A stretch of 64,000 bases of DNA, taken from the NCBI RefSeq assembly GCF_009914755.1, contig NC_060926.1; one strand, written 5' to 3'. This document shows positions 12,131-23,775 of the stretch, piece by piece. Every line of letters begins with the position of its first letter. Within the stretch, counting starts at the first letter, position 1. The notes below the pieces were generated by a model. That model saw only the letters and a list, made by a program, of their open reading frames with translations, was not told where the DNA came from and did no database searches. Made by a program: the position numbers and the translations under genes. Source of the stretch: the human T2T-CHM13v2.0 reference genome, Homo sapiens.

Positions 12131-13167
12131 TGATAAACCAGACTATCCAAAGCCCGAGGTTTTACTCAGCAGGTTCAGTCTTTACCGCTGCTGGAATTTA
12201 TCCAAAATGCAAGAACACACACACTTACCTACTGCCAAGGCCTCTATAGTCAATGGAGATGACTGACAGGAAGAATATTGCTGAATTACTTCTACCTGGA
12301 GGTAGAAGCATCATTTGGAAATATGGAAAAAGGCTGCATTTTGATTTTGCACAGACCTTGTGCATGAAGATTATATCATCTCAAAATCATAAAGAACTAG
12401 ATACATTCACTTATAAAAGTGTTGGCTTCCTGAGGAACCATTGGAAAATTCAGAAAAGACAGACATATTTAGGAAATCCACACCATATTTCTTTGTATTA
12501 ATGGCTTATCATTAGAACAGAACTGTCCTGCCAACTATGCAAAGCATTAGTTTTTGAAATTAGCATAATGAATACAAAAAAGGGAAAATGAGTTGTTCGA
12601 TGTGAGTGGGGGTTGCTGGTGGGTGCCTGGGTCACTCTTGTGATTTGGTGAGGTGAGTGCTCTTGTCTGTTGTCTTTGCTCTAAGTATATCCCAACTGGA
12701 AATTGTTCTTGGTCAAAGAGGACAACTTACTGAGAAGAGAAGAACTGTTCTTTAGTTGAGCATGTGTAAGAAGTCACAGTTCTGAAGATCTGTTTCTTGA
12801 AAGTATTTTGATGGCTCAGTATGAGTTTTCTTGACATGAACTTTCATGGAAGTGTATAATAAACTCATTTCCAATACTAATGTCTTGTAACTATTTCTAA
12901 ACAAATATACTGTTGGAATCTGACCAGTTTCTGTCTTTGCCTCTGGCAGAATCATATAGGAAGAAGCTCAGAAAAGTCAAAGTTGTAAAGAGATTTTTAC
13001 TCATTCCAGGAATGAGCTTTTTCACATTCAGCGCTGTCTAAAAGTGTGATCGGCTGTCTCAGGGAAATGTGAGTTGCCCGTCTTTGGGAGTATTCAAGCA
13101 GAGTATGAGTAACTACATGTCAGGGTGCTTTGCAAAGAGGATGTGCACATTGAATATTAGTAGATGA

Positions 13168-13343
13168 GATTTATTGAACATATACTGTGTGCCAGACGCT
13201 ACTCTACGTGGATTAACTTATGAAATCCTCTCAAAAAACTTATGAGGTTGATTGTATTATTATTATTTTTATTTTACAAATATAGAAATAGTGAGTGATT
13301 TGCGCCAAGTCGGGAGGTGCATGCAGGCATTCTCCTTCTAGAG
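13168..13343 (-). mobile_element. MIR SINE, split by MER33; remainder at ~13666-13706
   Basis: atttattgaacatatactgtgtgccag...aaatcctc...ttatgagg...attttacaaat. Confidence 0.65.
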
Positions 13344-13665
13344 CAGTACAGGTCCTTAGAAATTGAACAAGAGCCACAAATACAATTCATGTATGCAACC
13401 TTGTATTTTTTAGTAGCCACATTAAAGAAGAAAACATTGAAATTAATTTTAATAATATGTCTTATTAACCCAATGTATACAAAATATTGCCATTTCAATA
13501 TGTAGTGATTATGAAAGTTATTAATGTGATGCTTTAGATCTTCGCTGTATTACATCTTTAAAACCCAGTCTGTATTTTACACTTACAAGCACATACATTT
13601 TAGTTTAGCCATGTTTCAAGTGCTCAGTAGCCACATGTGGCTGGTGGCCACCATATTGAACATGC
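13344..13665. mobile_element. MER33-type hAT-Charlie DNA transposon
   Basis: gtagccacattaaa...aattaattttaataatat...ttcaagtgctcagtagccacatgtggctggtggccaccatattg; flanked by CTAGA-like target sites. Confidence 0.8.
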
Positions 13666-14914
13666 CTAGAATCTGTACTATTAACGACTCTACCCTACTG
13701 CCTGCCTATTGACAGAAGAGGGTTTCCTTTTAACGGTACATACCAGACTACATAGTAGAGGGTTTCCTTTTAACTGTACATAGTAGTCTTTGTGTATGTA
13801 AGACCATTCATTTGTTTATTAATGTTTTCTTTAGATACCGGCATGGATAATCTATTTAAAAAAAAAAAAAGAAACCACTTCCATGACTGCTTTCAAGAGC
13901 ACAAATTAAAAACCCATCAGATAGGAAGATTTCTCTCTATCTCATTACTCTCATCTACTAAAAACTGAATCCCACATACCTTTCATTTTGGAAGAGGGGG
14001 CATGTCTGGCTTGCTTCTACTTTACAACTCTTCATACATAGTATGAAATCACCTCACCCTTCTTGTTTCCAGCCTAATAATCCCAGTTTCTTTTTTTATT
14101 TTGATTAGTTTGTTAGTGTGTATGTGTAGCCTAATACACATGAAATGGGCATAGCCTAAAAGTAACCTTTAACTAAGATTTTAAGTAACCAGTGTTTCTG
14201 ATTTACATTTAATGCATATTTCTCATCCCTCTTTTACTGTATCTTTATTATAATGACTGTAATTGGAGATGACATGCAGCCCACCAAGGTGATATTTCTG
14301 ATCAAATGGTAGTAATTTTTTTGTAGATTTGATTCATTCCCTGGTAGGTAGCATTCTTCTCAGTGATCTGAAGGTCTTTTCTCAAGTTGAATTTCTGATA
14401 GTAACAGACCCTCTGGGCTGTGACATGCTTCAATTGAAAAAACAGAATGTGACATTCCTTTCATTGTGTGCAACATATAAAAAAAGTCCTGTGTTTCCTT
14501 TGTGAGTGCAACCTCTATTCAGCTGTACATGACAATGTGAAACATTTTAATAATTCCAAGTCTCTTTTGGTGGGGGGATGCATATTTCACAGGTAGCTTA
14601 AATCTTACTTCAGTTACTTTTAAAAAGAATATTAAGAACAAGACGTCTGTTAGAAAAATTCTAAACTTCATAAAGAAGAACTACCTTGTGGAGACAGACT
14701 CTAAGGCTATATCGTGTAAGAGTATGTGCATGATTATTAGATGTTTCCGTTGGATTACAGAGTTGGTGGAATAAAAACATAATGCTTGTGGACATAATAT
14801 ATTCCCAGTGAAGCACTTCTTTTATTTTTATTTTTTTATAGCTAAGCAGTTTTCAAATAGCAAGACAAACGAATGTAAAGTCCAAGATGCATTTGTTTGT
14901 AAGCTATATGAATA

Positions 14915-15197
14915 AATTCAAAGAGTATTTATTGTGCACCTGCTGTGTCCGTGACATAGAGTAGATACACGCAAGAGTAAAATGCCAGTTCCAGTTTCTA
15001 GGAATTTACAGTCTACCTATGGAGATATGACATGCACATTCTCTGTACTTGGCAAAGCCAGATCACTTTATTTATATATGTCTATCTCTCTTAGTAAGTA
15101 TGAGCTCCATAAAAGCACAGAAGGCATCTTACTCATTTTTGGATCGTTGCCACCTTGCAGGGTATGTACTCAACAGGTATGTATTGAATTAAATGAA
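14915..15197. mobile_element. Two L2 3'-end fragments in opposite orientation (~14915-15025 minus, ~15070-15197 plus)
   Basis: attcaaagagtatttattgtgcacctgctgtgtcc and tagtaagtatgagctccat...gtactcaaca...tgaattaaatgaa. Confidence 0.5.
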
Positions 15198-17299
15198 AGG
15201 GGTACATTAATTGAATTTACACATGTGAATTAAAATATAGCTGTCAAGCCATATTTACAGTGGGACCATCTATATAAAATTTGCAATTCAAATAATGAAG
15301 ACAAAGTCTGGTCTCAATCCTTTTCTACTCCTGTGACTGGATCAGCTCTGCTCACTCCATTGGTGACTTGTAACAAGTCAAGGCACTAGAAAAAGGTTTT
15401 CATCTGAAAGGAGTAAAGGATGTGGACATCTTTTTTCAACATGCCAGGATTCTATTCAGATGTACCCTTAATCATACAGTCATTCAATATAAAAAATTAT
15501 TTTGTTCAGGGGATAAAGAACCTTATCATTCAGTCACACTAAGTGATCTTTGGAAGTATGCATATGGGAGGTGGGAAGTGGAGCAGGATAAAAGTGTATT
15601 CACGTATGCCTGCATAGGGCTCCCAATAACTCTTGAAGAATATAGTGTTAAGCAATACCAGGAGGACCATTTAATATTTGTGAGCAAAAGGAATCAGCTA
15701 AAAATTAGAAATGCTATATAAGCTGCAGAGGTGAAGCCCCTTTAAGTATCCCATTAAGTGCATAGAATATGCTGCATTGCTAGTTTAACTATTTGAGCCA
15801 GTTACAGAACAGTGGCGATTACCCGTGGGGGCATCAGATCATCAAGAAGACATTTCTTCAGCAATTTCCAGGCAAGGAGTTTATTATACTTTGACAGATT
15901 AACATAATTCTTCTCAGCCTACTGGGTTCCTCAAGGCAAATTCAGCCAATCTTTATGTACTGGTTGCCTGTAGTGTGAAATATATGTACTATGGTTGGCC
16001 CAGTCAAGGTGCACAATGATATCCAAGAACTGGCCATGCTCTTAAGGAATTTTCACAGAGTTTTTATGGAGTTAGGAGAACAAAGAAGGATGCTTCATGG
16101 GTAATTATTGAATCTGTGGGGTTTTATAGGTGAGTAGATTCAGCATGGGAAGAAAGGAATTGGGCTCCCTGTCTACCTATTTGTTTCTGTCACAATTTTC
16201 CCAGCATTGTTTGGATTCTGGGTTATATATGCTGGTCTTAAATGCAAAGTATTTATATTTTCTTTAATCTTTAATAACATCTTATTTCATGGTGTTTTGA
16301 AGTCTGGGGTTAAGGAACCTAGGGGTTAAGATTCAACAAAAACAAAAAATGGCAATAACAATGCCCTCCTATGGCCTCCCAATGCAGGCAGAAGGTTTAT
16401 CTCTGGTTTACTGGTCCACCTAGAACTTGATAACATTCTTAAACTCTGTGTTTTGAAAACCTGTGATGCTCACAGCACAGTCTAAATAAAGAGAGACTCA
16501 AATCCTTATAATCTAAGATAAACAATTTTGTCCTGGCATGTGTCAGTGTGTGGCAGAAAAATGTACACAGGGACAGAATTATCCATTGATTTGGCAACAA
16601 GGTTGGCAAGCATTGATGTTCAGCAAATGCCTACAAGATAAAAGCACCTGAAATAGCAAAGTAGTTATTCATCCCCAAAAACTGAAAGCCAAGAGAGGTT
16701 CAAAATAGTATGAAATAATTTATGCTGTGAAGACTTAGGAAGGGGAACTAGGCTGATGGAAATATGGTAGAGCATTCATGTGTGCATGCAAGCCCATGCA
16801 CACACTTGTGCGCTCACACACGTATGCACACACACACACATACAACCAGAAAGAAAACATACAGATATTTGAATGATAGGAAAATGATTCTAAGATGAGA
16901 AATGACAGGAAAAGAGGAGAGAAGAGGAGGCAAACGATTCAACTGAAAGGGAAAAACCATTCTCAGCTGTTGGGACTCGACATGTGTTCAGAAATATCAT
17001 TTGTTCAAACCAACAAATGAGATAATTACAAGGGGTAGAAGGAAAGAAATATAGGGCTCCAGAGGTTTCACCAGTTGCAAAGGTGAGAGAGATCTGAATA
17101 ACACAATCAGATTATGCATTCTCTTGGATTTAGAGAAGCTTTATGAACAAGACCAAAAACGAATGGGAAAGAAATGAAACGGTGGGTGATGCAGTGAAAT
17201 TGAAGGTTACTCATAATGTACTGTCAGAAGTTCATGTATAGTACATGAGAGCCCAAAACTTTCCCATTTAATACAAAGCAACTACTCCTGACCCTGTTT

Positions 17300-17505
17300 C
17301 CAGTTACTGCCTCATCTCTTGCCCTCCTTTCAAATTCTAGCTTCTGAAACTAGTAGAATTTGCTCAAGGTCTCCACTTTGCACTCACTCTTCAAATCACC
17401 AGTCTGTATTCTGCCCTCACTGGTCCTGCTGAAATAGTTCTGGCCAAAGTAATGAATTACTTCCCAGTTGTCAAATCCAAAAGACATTTTCCAGTCTCTA
17501 TTTAT
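17300..17505 (+). mobile_element. L2 internal (RT-region) fragment
   Basis: cagtctg...ctgctgaaatagttctggccaaagt...gttgtcaaatccaa...catttt matches recalled L2 consensus. Confidence 0.5.
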
Positions 17506-19151
17506 TGTGGTGATTAAAAGAAGAATCTTAGTATATGAGAGGAGCCAAGAACGGACTGGCAAAGTTCCCATGATCCTGCCATTTTGATTCTCTCTTTTAA
17601 AGCTGCCAAAATAACTACTGAAGATTTAGACAAGGAAAACGAGTAATTTTGGACTAAACATAAAATGAAAAAGTTTGACATATATGATACTTGGCCAAAA
17701 AGAATAGCTACCAAATAAAGTTAAAATTGGAATTTTAGGTTTTGGAAACAGAGAAAGACACAGGTAAAAGGGAAAATTAATTAGAATTTATTAGTAGAAA
17801 ATATCACAATGCTTTATGGAAGAAACCCTGTTAACTCTGCAGGGCATGAGGGGAGATGTTGCCTAATACACAGACATAATCCTCTTCCTAGAGGACTTTG
17901 AAGCCAAAAAGTTGAAAGTGGCAGAGTGTTAAAGGAATGCATAAAGATGAACATGCAGTCAGACACAAATGTCCTTATAAGCACCAAATGTTTATGGATC
18001 CAGAGTGTGGAGAGAATGAAGGGCATACTTATAGAATATTCTGGTTGATGGAATTATCATGGAAATAATCTTTCCAAGAACACCTACAACCCTCTGTCTG
18101 CATAGTTCTACATTTGCTTTCACCCTCCTCATGGCACTAGATTAATTTGCTTTCTTCACCTTGCTTTCCTGCTCAAATTCTGTCATTAGATCCACATGGT
18201 CTAGACTGGCATTCAAAATCTTACACTCTGAGGTCTCATACTTAGTTTTCAACCATTTGCTCCTATAGTTTCCTTCAATAGATCATCAGTGGCAGCTACA
18301 CTTGTCCCTAAAAGAAATCCTGTACACGTCTCCCTCCCGTGACTCAGTTCAAGCTTTGGTGTCCCTTCTGCCCCCCTCTGTATCATGTTCACCCAGTCAT
18401 AGCTGAATGAGGTGAATATCTACCCCCACACTCTCCACCTCATGGTAGAGCCTGCCTTCCACAGCCTTTAACCATGAATCCATCAATGTCCTACCCAGGA
18501 ATTCACACAAAAGACAAGCCAGGGGCTCCAAAGTTCTATGAGAAATATTTTGATGCATCTTTTAAAAACTCCTCTGTTACCGATCTAATAATTGCTGCTG
18601 GGGTTTCCCAATGAAATTCTTAGATATCTGTTTACACACAGTAGGTTTATTCCATATTTACTTTTTCCTCATTAAAAAAATCTGGTCAGAAACCGTCACC
18701 TTAAGGAAGTTCAAGAGATAGAAGAGAATGAAATGAAGAAATGTTAGGTCAGTCTTTTTAAAAGAGAAGAGATGCACTGATACCTCTATAAGCACTAGGA
18801 ACAGACATTTACTAAATTCCTTCCCTGGGCCTATAAGTCAGCTCTAAGGTAAGGGAGGAATTTGGGCACTGCAGAGAGATTTATCTGTAGAAAAAGAATG
18901 CATCAGCTCATTTTTAAAAGAGACTCAGGCCATCAAAATCATCCCAAAAGTACACTTTAAAATCCAACAAGTCAAGCAAAACTATGGTTAATGATATACT
19001 TGTGTTTATCAGAGCTGGCATTAAGTTTATAATATATTACAGTTTATATTAGAGTTTTATTTTTATGAAGTGTGTAAACTTGAGTACATTGGATCTTCTT
19101 GTATCATTTCTCCATAATTATTATCCCTTTTTGGGGACACGTGTTAAAAGG

Positions 19152-19152
<1 letters not shown>

Positions 19153-19203
<51 letters not shown>
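19153..19203. repeat. (TA)5(TG)20 compound microsatellite
   Basis: Seen directly. Confidence 0.95.
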
Positions 19204-19205
<2 letters not shown>

Positions 19206-20038
19206 TCTTTTTTAATGTCAAGTCCTTGATCAGGAAAACAACTTATAATATTTATAAAGTTTTTCCTTTGGGAAATATGTCCAATTTATGACCCAATTTC
19301 TCAGGGCACATTAGAGTAGAAAGACAAGTGTCTTTGTTGGTGTGTGGCATTAGTGTAAATATTGTTATATTGTAGCTTAATTTATGTTGTAGCCTTTCTT
19401 TTCTTATGAGTATTGTAACTGCTTTAAGGTCCCACACCTTGTATTACATTTGGAATTGTCTCCATTATGCTGAGCACATTACTGCATATACATTAGGAGC
19501 TAATTTAAGTGTTTCTTAAATGAATCATATTAGAGTAAGAAAAAAAATCTTGGAAACTTCATTGAACATAGGTTAATCTTGCTTTGATGATTTAAAGTTC
19601 CTTAGGGAACTTGGAGTATTCCCAAAAACACTAAGAAAATCAGTTACCATGGAATGGCACTATAAATTCTGTTTATTTAAATTTTCTGGGGTTTTCAACA
19701 TGTGATACATGGGATTTTGCTCTAAATAGGAATAGATATGCATGTGCACAGACCCATTTGGTCTACAATAAGCCTATGAAAAAATGTAAACAAACTGGTT
19801 ATTGACGCAAATAGGGTTAGTCCTATGGAGGAGTTGAGGTCCAGCCTGCTGAGAAAGGTCCTGTATTCAGAATACCATGGACAGAACTTGTGGAAGAGAA
19901 AGAGTCTGGTCCGAATCAGTAAAATTTAAAGGCCAGAGTTGAAGGGATGTATTAGCTAAGGCTGTAAACTGGCTGTCCACCACAGATGAGGTGATTTTTT
20001 GAGGGGGGTGTGTGTGTCTATGTGTGTTTGTGTCTGTC

Positions 20039-20420
20039 TGTCTTAGGCTGTTTTGTGCTGCTATAACAATAATTTATAATTTATGAATTACGGGTAATTC
20101 ATAAATAATTTACTCTCTCACAGTTCTGATGGCTGGGAAGTGCGAGATCAAGGCATTGGCAAGTTCCTTTGGTTCCAAGAATGGTGCCTCATTGCTGTGT
20201 TCTCTGGGGAGGGAGGAACATTGCGTCCTCATATGGCAGAAGAGTAGAAGAGAGAACCCACTCTCACAGCCCTTTTACAGCAGCATCCATCCATTCATGA
20301 GTGCATGTGCCCTCATAGCCTAAGCACCTCCAAAAAGGCCTAACTCCAAATACTGTTACCTTGGAGGTTAGGAGTTCAACATATGAATGTTGGTGAGACA
20401 CAAACATTCAGATAATAGCT
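20039..20420 (-). mobile_element. ERVL-MaLR solo LTR (MST/MLT1A type)
   Basis: tgtcttagg...tgctgctataaca...ctcacagttctg...ggctgggaagt...gatcaagg...caacatatgaat...acaaacattcag; near-match 5-bp TSD ctgtc/ctgtg. Confidence 0.85.
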
Positions 20421-21231
20421 CTGTGTGCGTGTGCATGTATTTGTATTTTCTCTTTCTATCTCTGTCCTCCCATCTCGTTGAATTTGATTTCCTTTATGCA
20501 AGGAGAGCAGATTCAAGTTTTCCCTAATGATCACCTCTCTTTAGTGTCTAATGTTGACTTTTCATTTTCACTGTATGTACGGAACTTCCCCCTCCCTAAA
20601 TTATTCTATAGAGTAGTGAGAATCACCTAACAAAGTCTTTCATATATAGGGCTCTCTTTCAAAAACTTAATTTTTGAACAGAGTGTTTAAACAGAACTTT
20701 TAGTTTCTTTATCCAAAATCTGATCTCTTTAGATGTGCATTTAAATACAAAGGCATTTCTTGTTTTTTATGCTCTTCACTGAACAATCCAGGCAGCAGTT
20801 TGTTACTGCTCCTCAAAGTTACAGAGAGGTGTAAAACAGGCCCACACTTCCACCCATAATTAAAGAGTAAAATAATTAGAAGGGGGTGGATAGCCGTAGT
20901 GAAGGCCAACACCGATGCCTCCAATGCCTGTGAAGAATGTGAAGAAGCATATAAAGAGTATGTGTAAAATGCTTCATGCAATGTGTGAAAGCAATATTTC
21001 AAAATCACAATATGATTTCTTATAATGTGATTTTAAATATGCCTGTGTAACAGGGTTAATAACAAATTTTAATATGTAGATGTTTTCAATTTAATATACA
21101 TTATCAAAAATTAAGTATGTGTTGGGGAGTGGGGTGGTGGGGCGTTGTGCAAGCTGGCCCAACACAAATTAATTTGTATTTTATCACTGGGAAAATGGGG
21201 CCTTGTATTTTGACTACTTACCAGTTCTATT

Positions 21232-21533
<302 letters not shown>

Positions 21534-21850
21534 GCCTACTTACCAGTTCTATTGGATACTTGTCTATATGTCCAGCTCCCTCCTGCTACTCTACTATGGC
21601 CCCTCCCCTCTTCCTGTGCCTGGCATAGGCTCTCCATGCAGCCCATGTCTACCACTTCAGCTCTCTGGCCTTCTCCGCAACCACATTCCTGTCTCTCCCT
21701 CTGTCCTCCAGCTACTTCACCCTGGCGTTCCTCTGATTCCTTCTGTCTATGCCCTGCCTCCTGTCTCCGTGGCCATGGCTCTCGCTACCCTTTGCTACTC
21801 TGCTCTCCTAGATGTGGAGAAATAACACCATTACCCTTTCCTTCAAAGTG

Positions 21851-22987
21851 TAGCTGTTTGATTAACATGTGACATATACATTTTTGAAAATCATCATGCT
21901 ATGCAAAAATTACAGAATGAAAATCCACAGGGCTTGTGGGAAAAAGGGGTAGGGCACAGCATTAAAAAACTTCCATAGTGACACGTAAAATAAAAGATAG
22001 GAAGCTAATACAAAATGCTGGTATGTTTTTGCATGTGTAAAGTGGTTAAGAAATGCCTAAATACTTCAGTAAATGTATTTTACCTTGGAAAAGATCTGAA
22101 ATGTACTTGTGGAAGTAGGCTTTGGAAAATCTGCAGCTTGTGAGTTGCGACGTGGTAGAAAGGGTTTACCTGCGATGTGTGCGGAAGTTGTAACGCCAGA
22201 AGAGGTGTGCGCTTCTGCTGCGTTTGTGTATTACTACCTTGCTGTAACTCCCTCAGGGTTCTAGGTCTCTCTTGGTGGCTCCAGTTCTGGGCTCTGCTAA
22301 TTCCACCTCCTTCATTGGTCTCTCTTTCCTCCTTCTTAGCTGTAACTAAGCTCTGAATTGTTTCACCATCTCTTGTTTGCATTTCAATTGTCAAAAACAC
22401 CCTTTGAATGAGTACCCATCTTAAATTCCCTTCATTGAACCACTTGGCTGTGGTCAGCTGGGTGCAGATTTTTGCTTGTTCACCTGGTGCTTCTGCCAGA
22501 TGAAATTGCTGCGTAGCAAAGATGAAATTATGTTATGCTCTAGAAGTAGAGAGTAGAATGGTGGTTACCTGAGGCTGGGGTGGTTGGGGGGTTGGGGAGA
22601 TGTTGGTCAAAGGATACATAATTAAAGTTAGGAATAATTTTCAAGTGATCTATTATACAGCAAGGTGACTATAGTTAGTGTCGATATATTGTATTCTTGA
22701 AAAACTTGGAGTGTGCATGTTACATGCTCTTAATACAAAAATTATAACTATGTGAGTTAATGCATGTGTTAATTAGCTAGATAGAACCATTCCACAGTGT
22801 GTATATATACTTCAAAGCATCATGTTGTACATGATAAAAACATGCAATATTATCTGTTAATTAAAAAAAAGAAAAAACAAAATAGAGGAATGACAACATT
22901 CAACAGAGGAAGATCACATTATGCTCAAATTGTTCCCTAATATATGAATTTCACATTTCAGAGCAAACATCCAGGCAGAACTGACTG
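21851..22987. mobile_element. Tigger13a-like TcMar-Tigger transposon, interrupted twice
   Basis: ccacagggcttgtgggaaaa...ttaccttggaaaagatctgaa...cagctgggtgcag...ttatgctcaaattgttccctaatata...gcagaactgactg followed by TA. Confidence 0.75.
22541..22882 (+). mobile_element. L1MA-type 3' end with A tail, inserted in the Tigger
   Basis: tagaagtagagagtagaatggtggttacc...ggagatgttggtcaaaggatac...gtgactatagtt; ttatgctc duplicated on both sides. Confidence 0.85.
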
Positions 22988-23299
22988 TACGCTGTTGCAA
23001 ACTTACGCTGAGTAGCGTGATTTTCCATGCATGCTCATCTTCTTCATTATATTAGACACTGTGAAGACTGTGTTTGCTTTTGCTCATGTTTGTAACCTCA
23101 TCATCCAGCACACTGCCTGGCATTTGAAAAATGAATGAATGAGTCTTTTTGTCCATTCTCATCTTGTTTTCTCAGGACCCTTATACCTGCCGTATACCTT
23201 GTGAGCAAAAGGGTTAAAGGCTGATTATGGCTTAGTGTGTTATTCTACCTAGCTAGCAAAATCTTGGGATGGTTTCTTCATGAATTATCTATGTGGTTC

Positions 23300-23775
23300 T
23301 CATATCAGGCAGAATTGAGCTGGGAAACAGAGTACATGCCACGTGGTTCTCGTTGAACCAAAGGGAATTTAAGATGGGTACTCATTCAAAAGATGTTTCT
23401 GACAATTGAAATACAAACAGAAGATGGTGAAACAATTCAGAGCTTAGCTACAGCAGAAAGGAGAGACCAATGAAGGAGGTGAAATTAGCAGAGCCCAGAA
23501 CTGGAGCCACCAAGAGAGACCTGGAACCCTGAAGGAGTCACAGCACTGCTGAAAATGCTGTCCTAAGGGAGGTAGAGAGGCTATAAAAGCTAAGAGCTTC
23601 TCCTGGCCTCCCACCCGCAATCTCCTGCCAGGCCCTCCAGTTGGAAGACCATAATCAGAAGTTAGTTGGAAGGGGAGTGTGGGAATTGTAATTTGCAGGA
23701 ATCAGCTCCCCTCCTCACAGAGGAGAGGAAGAGTAAGGTAGAGAGCCCTGAGGCAAATGACTGGTGAGGACCCAC
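23300..23775 (-). mobile_element. Ancient LTR (LTR78/LTR79-like)
   Basis: caatctcctgccagg...cagaagttagttggaaggggagtgtgggaattgtaatttgcagg...cagctcc resembles recalled LTR78/79. Confidence 0.55.
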
